Origin: a bacterium
GTDB taxonomy: Bacteria; Oederibacteriota; PGYV01; Palsa-1178
DNA length: 28,144 nt
Direction of reading: 5' to 3'
Assembly: GCA_037138355.1 (NCBI GenBank)
Contig: JBAXIL010000021.1
Location: forward strand, 1-28,144
Shown one piece after another: positions 1-7,523 of this stretch. A model generated the notes under the pieces. That model was not told the origin of the DNA and made no database searches. It saw only the letters and a list, made by a program, of their open reading frames with translations. A program made the position numbers and the translations under genes. Each line of letters starts with the position of its first letter. Positions within the stretch are counted from its first letter, which is position 1.

Positions 1-431
1 GGATTACAAGTTGTCTGATAAGCAGAGTTTTCAGTAGAAGAACCAAAAGCAAACTCATCCATATTTAATTTACCAGTAAATATCGCGCCGGCCTCTATGA
101 GATTGCTTAGAGCCGTTGCTGTATATGGTGGTTTATAACCTTCAAGCATTTTTGAAGCGCAAGTTGTATTAAATCCTTCAAGACACATATTATCCTTAAT
201 ACCTATTGGTATGCCAGTTAAATCAGTGACATTATTATTTTTCATAATTCTTTCTTCAGCTTTTGTTGCCATATCATATGCTAAATCTTTTGTTAACATA
301 AGATATGCCTTCACCTTTGCGTCAACTGAATCAATACGTTTATAAACGCTATCCAGTATGTCTGCTGGTTTTATCTTCTTCTCTATCAACTGCGTATGCA
401 GCTGTTCTATTGTTTGTTGATTTAGTTCCAT
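1..431 (-). CDS. gatA: Asp/Glu-tRNA(Asn/Gln) amidotransferase subunit A, 5' part only (runs off the window edge; absent from the ORF track)
   Basis: Manual translation from ATG at 431 gives MELNQQTIEQLHTQLIEKKIKP...LTGIPIGIKDNMC...TTCASKMLEGYKPPYTAT...GKLNMDEFAFGSSTENSAYQTTCN, which matches the amidase/GatA signature. SD-like AGGTG lies upstream and the gene follows gatC. Confidence 0.97.
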   Translation of the reverse strand, partial: MELNQQTIEQLHTQLIEKKIKPADILDSVYKRIDSVDAKVKAYLMLTKDLAYDMATKAEERIMKNNNVTDLTGIPIGIKDNMCLEGFNTTCASKMLEGYKPPYTATALSNLIEAGAIFTGKLNMDEFAFGSSTENSAYQTTCN

Positions 432-447
432 ATAACACCTTTGAGCG

Positions 448-661
448 AGATAAGAGCAGTTTTAAGTTTTGAGTTTTAAGATATTGAGATCCTGCCATCT
501 TAAAATTTAAAACTAATCTTATCTATTTTTTTAATAATCCATCTTCAAACTTAAAACTAATTTTATCTACTTTTTCATCTTCAAACTTAAAACTCCAAAC
601 TAATCTTATCTGTTTTATAATAATCTATCTTCAAACTTAAAACTCCAAACTGCCTTTATCT
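448..661. repeat. Heptamer-built intergenic repeat cluster: four direct copies plus one inverted copy of a 28-35 bp unit
   Basis: Direct copies of ATCTT(C/A)AAA(C/T)TTAAAACT(CCAAACT)...TTATCT at 497-524, 541-568, 577-611 and 627-661. Inverted copy AGATAAGAGCAGTTTTAAGTTTTGAGTTTTAAGAT at 448-482 matches the 627-661 copy at 29/35 positions. Confidence 0.9.
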
Positions 662-666
662 TGTTT

Positions 667-951
667 TTAAATGATCTTCGGTACTTTAAAACCATTATTT
701 TCAATACTTGGGGCTGCTTTAAATACTTTCTGTTTATCCACCGAAGGCACTACTTCATCTTTTCTAAATACATTTTTCATATCCATAACATAATACAGAG
801 GTTCAACATTGTCTGTATTGAGTTTTGACAGACGATTTACATGTTCCAATATATCCGAAAGCTGCTTTGTATATTCTTCAGTTTCAGCATCTGTAATCTC
901 CAGTCTTGAGAGATGTGCTATATACTCTACATCTTTTCTTGTAATTGCCAC
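667..951 (-). CDS. gatC: Asp/Glu-tRNA amidotransferase subunit C
   Basis: 94 aa, ITRKDVEYIAHLSRL...FRKDEV...APSIENNGFKVPKII is typical GatC. GTG start with AAGGAG SD at 958-963; directly upstream of gatA. Confidence 0.97.
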   Translation of the reverse strand: MAITRKDVEYIAHLSRLEITDAETEEYTKQLSDILEHVNRLSKLNTDNVEPLYYVMDMKNVFRKDEVVPSVDKQKVFKAAPSIENNGFKVPKII

Positions 952-975
952 TTAAGTCTCCTTTATTACTAATCA

Positions 976-992
976 AGCAAAATTCATGCCAA
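976..992 (-). promoter_or_regulatory. Candidate sigma54 (-24/-12) promoter for gatC-gatA
   Basis: Minus strand reads TTGGCATGAATTTTGCT, matching TGGCAY-N5-TTGCW with exact GG-N10-GC spacing. Predicted +1 is near 965, just upstream of the gatC SD. Confidence 0.6.
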
Positions 993-1006
993 TATAAAGC
1001 ATAGTA

Positions 1007-1035
1007 AATTTATCACATGCCATTGGCTTTTTCAA
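1007..1035 (-). promoter_or_regulatory. Candidate sigma70 promoter for gatC-gatA
   Basis: Minus strand TTGAAA (1035-1030), 17 bp spacer, TAAATT (1012-1007), preceded by an extended -10 TGn. Confidence 0.5.
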
Positions 1036-1075
1036 GGAGTTTTTGAGTTAATATGGGGTTTAGCTATTAAATGTT

Positions 1076-1441
1076 TTATTTTTCTGCCTTATTATGTTGG
1101 TTTGTTCCGCGTTTTTTGCTTCTTGATTTTTTCTTCCTTATCATATCATATTCCCTTATTCTATCTGAGGTTCCCGTCAACTGCTCTTCTATCTTATATG
1201 CTAAAGTTCTTCTGGCTAAAAACCTATTTAGCTCTCGTTCTCTTGTTTCCTTACACTTTACTTCTATCCCTGTTGGCAAATGCTTCAAATAAACAGCAGT
1301 AGAAGATTTATTTGCTTTCTGCCCGCCCTTATTACCAGAAGTCATGAACTTTTCTACGATATCTTCAGGTTTAATATTTAAAGCTTTATATTTGTCATCT
1401 AATGCTTGTCTTTTTTCCGGCAATACCAAATTCCACCTCAA
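1076..1441 (-). CDS. Peptide chain release factor-like protein (stand-alone RF-1/GGQ domain; ArfB/C12orf65-like peptidyl-tRNA hydrolase)
   Basis: SGNKGGQKANKSSTAVYLKHLPTGIEVKC...RELNRFLARRTL with a basic tail RKKKSRSKKR. At 121 aa it has no codon-recognition domain. The TTG start is uncertain. Confidence 0.88.
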   Translation of the reverse strand: MRWNLVLPEKRQALDDKYKALNIKPEDIVEKFMTSGNKGGQKANKSSTAVYLKHLPTGIEVKCKETRERELNRFLARRTLAYKIEEQLTGTSDRIREYDMIRKKKSRSKKRGTNQHNKAEK

Positions 1442-1455
1442 AAATATTTAAAATA

Positions 1456-3282
1456 TTATTCTTCATTATTTTTTAATCTTGTTGCGACTTCCTTCATTAG
1501 TTGCTTTGTAACTAAATCCTTTTCTTTTGACTGTCCCCATATATCCATAGCTGAGTTAAGTTCACCTTCTTCATAATAAAGCCTGCCGAGAGTATTGTAT
1601 AAAGGATATTCTTCTGGGAAATCTATAATAGTATTTTCCAAATATTCTACAGCTTTTTTTACATCTCCATCCCTAAGCATATTACTGATTAATGAATGAA
1701 CTTTGACTGACGGATACTTCACAGCAAAATCTTTCAGTTCTGCTAAAGCTGCCTTGTAATTTTTTTTGTCATAAAAACTGCCACTTTGAAAAGGATTTAT
1801 GAATTTAAAATAATCTTTTGTTGCTACCGTATTTACTAAAACTATCGTATCATTATCAAAAAAAGCAGGTTTAAATCCAATAGTTTTCAATCTTGCTTCA
1901 AGCACAGTTCCTGCAGGCAGAAGAAAAGTTTTAATGCCTTGTTTTACTATTATGGGCTTTATGTCCGCTTCCCCTTTAAGAATTATATCATATTCTTTTT
2001 TTACATTCTGGTCCCTTAAAAAATTGCCATCCCACATTGTTTTATAGGTTGAAAGATAGTAACCTGTATAGCCAGTCCAATTAACTACGGTAAAAATATT
2101 TTTAGGTGGTTGGGCATTCATAATATACGCCACAGCATTTTCAGGATATAGTTTTGCTTTTGGTTCCATAAACTTATTAACTCCGTAAATTAAAACTATT
2201 GGGATCATAATAATATACAAAAAGTTTTTAATACGAACCAAATGTGTTTCAGTTAATTGTTTTGGCCACACATAACTCCATCTAAAAATTAGATATGCAT
2301 AATACATAACTATAGGAAGCGTTATTATTATAAAAACTGGTACATAAGCCATATCAGAAGCACAGGCCGCTAAAAGGATAAGAGTAGTCATAATATCCCT
2401 TACCAGTTCTGATTTTCTCCCTACATCTGCTCCGCGTTCGTTTAACGCAATTATTATAATAAATATAAGTAAATATACTCCAAGGAGTACTGCCTGAGTT
2501 TTTTCTGGGGCACTTCCTTTTATAAACTGTAACCATGAAGACTGACCAACAACAAAGTTTTGTACAAGAGAAGTATAAGGAGTGACAAAAGAAGGACTTA
2601 ATATAGAAGCCGCTGCTGACCCAGCAAAAGCAATCAAAATAGCTGGAGAATTATATTTATCTCTCTTCTCAGGCATTTCCGCCATATCAACAATATAATA
2701 CATAATGTAAATAAATATCAACACAGTACCTATAGTAACAGTGTTGTCAATATTTGCCCAAAAAAGAGAAATAAATGGAAGTGTATAATACAGAAAAGCG
2801 TTTCTTTTTGATGGCTCCTGTTCTAAGACATACATAAAATATGCAGCAAATATAACTGAAAAAGCCTGCGGTGCTATATTTAAGTAATAATTGATTAAAA
2901 TAAGACCAAAAAGACCTATTGGTATAGTTATTGAGATATACTTTCCCTTTTGTTTCCTAAAGACAATCAGAAATAACATAAAAGTTGTTAACAAGAAGAA
3001 AAACAATTTAAAGTAAACCAAGTTTTTCACACCAGCTGTAAAAGCTGCGCTGTATGTAAATATATCAAATAACCAAGAACTTTTATTCCACTTTGCGTCT
3101 CCAGTATATGAGAGCGTGTCAGCCTTTGGGAAACCCATTTCTTTTACAAACTCTTTTCCCAACAATGCATGATGCAAAGTAGCTGAATCCGCAAACGAAC
3201 TCATGCAAGCAATATATATGGCCCCTACCAGAACTAAAGCAAATACTGCTTTTAATATCTGTTCGAGTCTTTTTGAATTCAT
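1456..3282 (-). CDS. Polytopic membrane protein, GT-C glycosyltransferase-like N-terminal region with a C-terminal TPR region
   Basis: Many hydrophobic segments. The first loop HHALLGKEFVKEMGFPKADTLSYTGDAKWNKSSWLFD resembles the 'WHL..G......P..D.FS....W...EWL' membrane-protein family. LFWANID and YPENAVAYI motifs are present, and LYNTLGRLYYEEGELNSAMDIW is TPR-like. Confidence 0.6.
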   Translation of the reverse strand: MNSKRLEQILKAVFALVLVGAIYIACMSSFADSATLHHALLGKEFVKEMGFPKADTLSYTGDAKWNKSSWLFDIFTYSAAFTAGVKNLVYFKLFFFLLTTFMLFLIVFRKQKGKYISITIPIGLFGLILINYYLNIAPQAFSVIFAAYFMYVLEQEPSKRNAFLYYTLPFISLFWANIDNTVTIGTVLIFIYIMYYIVDMAEMPEKRDKYNSPAILIAFAGSAAASILSPSFVTPYTSLVQNFVVGQSSWLQFIKGSAPEKTQAVLLGVYLLIFIIIIALNERGADVGRKSELVRDIMTTLILLAACASDMAYVPVFIIITLPIVMYYAYLIFRWSYVWPKQLTETHLVRIKNFLYIIMIPIVLIYGVNKFMEPKAKLYPENAVAYIMNAQPPKNIFTVVNWTGYTGYYLSTYKTMWDGNFLRDQNVKKEYDIILKGEADIKPIIVKQGIKTFLLPAGTVLEARLKTIGFKPAFFDNDTIVLVNTVATKDYFKFINPFQSGSFYDKKNYKAALAELKDFAVKYPSVKVHSLISNMLRDGDVKKAVEYLENTIIDFPEEYPLYNTLGRLYYEEGELNSAMDIWGQSKEKDLVTKQLMKEVATRLKNNEE

Positions 3283-3283
3283 C

Positions 3284-3601
3284 TCACACCTCTTTTAATT
3301 TTATGAAGTTAAGGTGTACTACTGCATCTGTATCATTTTTTATATAATGTTTTTCCTTTGCCTTTACTCTAAAAGCGTCACCCTGCTTTACCCTAAACTC
3401 CTGACCTTCGCATACAAAAATTGGGGTTCCAGTTATAAAATAAAAAAGTTCTGCTTCATCTTCGTGGCTGTGCTCTTTTATCTCATCTTTAGGACGCAGA
3501 TAGGCAGTTCCAAAAGCGTATTTATTATCAGCGGTAAATAGATATTTAGAACCTGATACTGTATTTTTGAACTCTATTTCTTTGTCGTTAACTTTTTCCA
3601 T
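3284..3601 (-). CDS. Cupin domain protein
   Basis: HSHEDEAELFYFITG...GDAFRVKAKEKHYIKN gives cupin motifs 1 and 2 with an H-H-E-H metal site. Confidence 0.9.
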   Translation of the reverse strand: MEKVNDKEIEFKNTVSGSKYLFTADNKYAFGTAYLRPKDEIKEHSHEDEAELFYFITGTPIFVCEGQEFRVKQGDAFRVKAKEKHYIKNDTDAVVHLNFIKLKEV

Positions 3602-3621
3602 TCTTCCCCCTTATAACCATC

Positions 3622-5088
3622 TTAATACAAAAGGCTCCGATATAATACCAAATTTTGCGTCTGCATTTCCTTAGCATAATAATTATCTAAAAATGCCTGA
3701 AAAGGCTGATAAGTGCCTTTTTGCATAACTACCCAAGCAGGCCTACCATAAAAAAAATTATCAAGTACTTTTATCTTGTCTTCCCTAAAAACTTCTAAAG
3801 GATAAGCATAAGCATATTTCGATGTCGCTTTTACCCCACTCATAAAATAAATTTCTGGCATATCAGGCCAAACAAAAATAAAATTGTCTTTTTTTTCTTT
3901 ATTTTGAGAACCTGAAGCTATGGTCTCAACTATGCTACTCTCCTCATACAATATTTCCTGTGCATATTTATTACTATTTAAAAACTGTCCTATATGATTT
4001 GCTTTTAAAATTGCCAAAGTATTTACAATCATAAACGCTGCTAAAAGCATCCACATGTATTTTTTTGTTGTTTTTTCTTTTGTTAATATAATATACATGT
4101 CATTTATCATAACAGCCCCCAAAAGACTACCTGCAGGTATTAAGCTTAGATAAAAATTTGAAGGAACATTATTTGAAAGAATAATACCCAAATATAAAAC
4201 AAAAAGTGTTGCAATGAGTAAAAAATCAATTTCGTTATTTTTCCTTTTATAAAACATCCAAACAGCATAAATAATAGACAAACAAAGAAAAATATTAGCA
4301 TAAGCAAAAGCCATCCAACCTTGAAATGTTGCATAATTTATCACACTTTTAATACTCAACTTTAATGCTTCAAAATTATAAAAGATAAGACCATTATACA
4401 TATCTAATAAATTATTTTTAAGTACTGCCCATCCTATCACCATAGCGATTAGAACCACATAGCCCACAATGAAGCTTATAAGATTCTTTATTTTATTTTT
4501 TTTACAATATGCCAATATATAAATAATTGGAACAAGAGCGAAAAATAATGTCATTAAGTGTGTAAGTAGTGCCACGGCAGCAAAAAAACCGGATATACTG
4601 AAATTCACCAGCTCATATTTTTCATCCCTATTAAATATAAACAAAATTGATAAAATCAAAGGCAGCTGTGCATATATTGCCGTATCTGCTGTCAAACCCT
4701 GAAAGATAAGACTATGCTGATATAGTATATAGAAAAAAGCCGCTAACATAGAAATAAAGGCGCTGCGCCAAATAATTCTTGAAAGCATATACATTAATAG
4801 GAGAGTGGCGATAAGATATAGCGTGGTAAAGTTCCTGATTGCCAGCTGGGTTTGCCCAAACAAAGAAAAAGCTGTCTTATAAATATAAACTATCATTGGT
4901 GGTCTGTGTTCAAAGACATCCTTATAAAGCAAACTCCCATGCGAAACCTGTACTGCCGCATAAGCAAAAGCACCTTCATTTTTGTCGAGAGGCATATTTA
5001 TGGATTGCAACCGATAAATAACAGTAAAAATAATTAACAAAAAAAGAAATACTATTTCAATTTTTTTAACAAGATTCTTTTCCTTCAT
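3622..5088 (-). CDS. ArnT/PMT-family (GT-C) membrane glycosyltransferase-like protein
   Basis: Multi-pass membrane protein. N-terminal loop PLDKNEGAFAYAA...LYKDVFEHRPPMIVYIY is typical of the PMT_2/ArnT-like family, and the soluble C-terminal part has IFVWPDMPEIYFMS. Confidence 0.75.
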   Translation of the reverse strand: MKEKNLVKKIEIVFLFLLIIFTVIYRLQSINMPLDKNEGAFAYAAVQVSHGSLLYKDVFEHRPPMIVYIYKTAFSLFGQTQLAIRNFTTLYLIATLLLMYMLSRIIWRSAFISMLAAFFYILYQHSLIFQGLTADTAIYAQLPLILSILFIFNRDEKYELVNFSISGFFAAVALLTHLMTLFFALVPIIYILAYCKKNKIKNLISFIVGYVVLIAMVIGWAVLKNNLLDMYNGLIFYNFEALKLSIKSVINYATFQGWMAFAYANIFLCLSIIYAVWMFYKRKNNEIDFLLIATLFVLYLGIILSNNVPSNFYLSLIPAGSLLGAVMINDMYIILTKEKTTKKYMWMLLAAFMIVNTLAILKANHIGQFLNSNKYAQEILYEESSIVETIASGSQNKEKKDNFIFVWPDMPEIYFMSGVKATSKYAYAYPLEVFREDKIKVLDNFFYGRPAWVVMQKGTYQPFQAFLDNYYAKEMQTQNLVLYRSLLY

Positions 5089-6203
5089 TAAAGCGCCCCT
5101 TTTAGGACCTGTCTTACTTTCTTATCATTCATTTTTACAGGGTTGTATGCCATAGAACCTGTGTACTCAACCCTTTCCATTATCTCCTCAAGTTTATTTT
5201 CTGCGCCTTTATATACCCCTGAAAGTTTTTTCGGTATTCCCATTCTTTTATTTAAATTTTTTATTACTTTCATAATATCTAAACCTGTTGCTTTATTAAG
5301 CTGCAACATTTTGCCTTCTATGGCACTTAAATTAAATTTCAAAATATGCGGAAGCAATACTGCATTAACAAAGCCATGAGGAAGTTTTAAAACTGCACCC
5401 ACAGGATGACCAATACCATGAACTGCACCTAAACCAGAGTTTGCAAAAGCAAGTCCTGCCGTAAAACTTCCGAGCATCATATCATAGCGCGCTTTATCAT
5501 TTGGCTTATTACAAGCGAGTTCTATATTATCTATAATCAAAGACATGGCCTTTAAAGACAATATTTCCGTTATTTCATTGGCATTTGATGAAAAATATGA
5601 CTCCACAGCATGCGTGAGAGCATCCATACCTGTATATGCTGTAATCTCATTTGATAATGTATATGTAAGTTCTGGATCCATAACAACAATCGATGGCACT
5701 AAAGAATCACCACGCAAGCTTATTTTTATTTTTTTCTGTGTATATGTCAAAACTGCATTTTTGGTACTTTCAGTTCCTGTACCTGAAGTAGTAGGTATGG
5801 CTATAAGAAAACCTGTATCTCTTCTTAATGGTATTTTTGAATCAAGATAACTTTTCACACTTAACCTGTCTTTATATATTCCAGATACTGCCTTCGCACA
5901 ATCTATGGCAGAGCCTCCGCCTAAACCTACAAAAAAATCCGTTTTATAGCGTCTGGCTAAATCCGCAACTTTGTCAACCGTCTCTACTGACACTTCTGGT
6001 TCTACATCATCAAATATAAAGACTTCCCTGCCCGTATGTTTGATTATTTTTTTTACTCGATCTAATAGGCCAGATTTTTTTGCAGAGTTTTTACCTGTAA
6101 TAATCAAACCTCGTCTTCCTTTGATAGGAGCATTTTTAAGACTTTCAAGACTATCATTTCCAAAATATACTCTGTTAGGAAACAGCAATGTAAAATCTTT
6201 CAT
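5088..6203 (-). CDS. Iron-containing alcohol dehydrogenase
   Basis: GLGGGSAIDCAK, IPTTSGTGTE, GMDALTHAVE, GAVHGIGH and PHG motifs, with the D/H/H/H metal ligands intact. Confidence 0.95.
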   Translation of the reverse strand: MKDFTLLFPNRVYFGNDSLESLKNAPIKGRRGLIITGKNSAKKSGLLDRVKKIIKHTGREVFIFDDVEPEVSVETVDKVADLARRYKTDFFVGLGGGSAIDCAKAVSGIYKDRLSVKSYLDSKIPLRRDTGFLIAIPTTSGTGTESTKNAVLTYTQKKIKISLRGDSLVPSIVVMDPELTYTLSNEITAYTGMDALTHAVESYFSSNANEITEILSLKAMSLIIDNIELACNKPNDKARYDMMLGSFTAGLAFANSGLGAVHGIGHPVGAVLKLPHGFVNAVLLPHILKFNLSAIEGKMLQLNKATGLDIMKVIKNLNKRMGIPKKLSGVYKGAENKLEEIMERVEYTGSMAYNPVKMNDKKVRQVLKGAL

Positions 6204-7003
6204 ATTATTATGGCTCCTCCATATCCTACGACTTCACTATAATCTCCATTCACATCGCCCGAATTTGTATATTTAATAATTTTTCCTTTTTTTGCACCAA
6301 GTATATTACACGCTTGTAAAAGAACATAAACAGGCATCCAACCACACATAGATATGTCGTTATCTTTTATCTCATCATACATATTATCCGGATCAAGCGC
6401 TTCTATAGAGTCAAGCACAAGTGCGTCTTTGGCGCGTGCACTTTCTGCCTCTTCATAATGTGTCAAATCTGAAGACGCTATAATAAGAACTTCTTTTCCT
6501 TCTATGCATTTTGCTAAAGCTACAGCAAGCTCTTTTAAATGTTCTATACTGTAATCTCCCAACACTATGGGCACAAAATCAAAATTCTTATTATGATATT
6601 GTAGAAAAGGTAATTGAACTTCTATGGAATGTTCTTTCGCGTGTGCAGTTGTATCTTTCAAAGCAGTTTTACATTTTTTTAATATGTCAGTAGCTAAACT
6701 TTCATTAATAGCAACATCCCCAAGTGGCGTTTTCCATTTTCCTTCAGAAAAAACCGATATAGGTTCACCAAGACCTGTATGATTTGGACCTAATATTATT
6801 ATTGTTTTTGGTATTTCAACAGCAGAGTAAACCTGAGCAGCCACTACTCCTGAATAGATATATCCAGCATGCGGGGCTATGATACCGAGTGCCTTTGTTT
6901 TTTTTACCAGTTCCCCTGTCATTTCAGTTATATGATTTTTCAGGTCTTCTGGTTTTGCATCATAAAAAGACCCAGCAAACAAAGGTTCTCTTATCATACT
7001 CAC
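6200..7003 (-). CDS. amrB: AmmeMemoRadiSam system protein B (MEMO1 family)
   Basis: REPLFAGSFY, PHAGYIYSG, GPNHTG, EHSIEVQLPFLQ, SSDLTHY, SMCG and VVGY motifs. Confidence 0.95.
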   Translation of the reverse strand: MSMIREPLFAGSFYDAKPEDLKNHITEMTGELVKKTKALGIIAPHAGYIYSGVVAAQVYSAVEIPKTIIILGPNHTGLGEPISVFSEGKWKTPLGDVAINESLATDILKKCKTALKDTTAHAKEHSIEVQLPFLQYHNKNFDFVPIVLGDYSIEHLKELAVALAKCIEGKEVLIIASSDLTHYEEAESARAKDALVLDSIEALDPDNMYDEIKDNDISMCGWMPVYVLLQACNILGAKKGKIIKYTNSGDVNGDYSEVVGYGGAIII

Positions 7004-7015
7004 CCCTTTTTAATC

Positions 7016-7423
7016 TTACTTTAAGCTATTGATAAATTTTCCAAGTTTCCTGTCGGTTTTATTTATATGTATGATAAACCAATCTGTCATTTTTTCTTTT
7101 ATTTTTTTTGCAAAAGTTTCGCCTTTTTCCCCAGCCTCAATCTTTTTCTTAATAGTTTCTATCTCATCCATAAAATATTTATGCAGTTTCATATGGCCTT
7201 CTTTTTCAGGATATTTTTTTTCTCCCATAAGCTTCTTTTCTGTAGCAAAATGAATCTTGGCATAAAATTCAAGACATTTTAAATCAGCCATTATTTCCAT
7301 TTTTGCCTCGGAATTAGAAACAGATTGATCAAGATTATCACACAATTCAATGAATATTTTGTGTTGTTTATCCATTATCTCTATCCCTGTACTAAGAGCT
7401 GTATTCCATTCCACTTTTTCCAT
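7016..7423 (-). CDS. Bacteriohemerythrin
   Basis: WNTALSTGIEIMDKQH, HFATE, HMKLH and HINKTD supply the full H/HxxxE/HxxxH/HxxxxD di-iron ligand set. AGGAGG SD upstream. Confidence 0.93.
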   Translation of the reverse strand: MEKVEWNTALSTGIEIMDKQHKIFIELCDNLDQSVSNSEAKMEIMADLKCLEFYAKIHFATEKKLMGEKKYPEKEGHMKLHKYFMDEIETIKKKIEAGEKGETFAKKIKEKMTDWFIIHINKTDRKLGKFINSLK

Positions 7424-7451
7424 ATAAAGCCTCCTTGTTTTTATTGCTTTG

Positions 7452-7479
7452 ATTATATCATTTATTTATAATAATTCAA
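7452..7479 (-). promoter_or_regulatory. Candidate sigma70 promoter for the hemerythrin-amrB-ADH gene run
   Basis: Minus strand TTGAAT, 16 bp spacer, TATAAT, with an extended -10 (TGATATAAT). Confidence 0.5.
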
Positions 7480-7523
7480 TTATTATGCTATTTTCCAAAA
7501 GCCAAGTAATTGTGTATAAAAAC

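Noticed and set aside
448..661. Possible CRISPR array in the gatC-gatA gap
   Set aside because: Repeats vary in length (28-35 bp), the spacers are only 8-16 bp and resemble each other, one copy is inverted, and no cas genes are present.
2354..2536. Short same-strand alternative-frame ORFs (2354-2536, 4146-4334, 11512-11814)
   Set aside because: They are nested in longer genes with family motifs, have no recognisable domains, and show no evidence of frameshifting.
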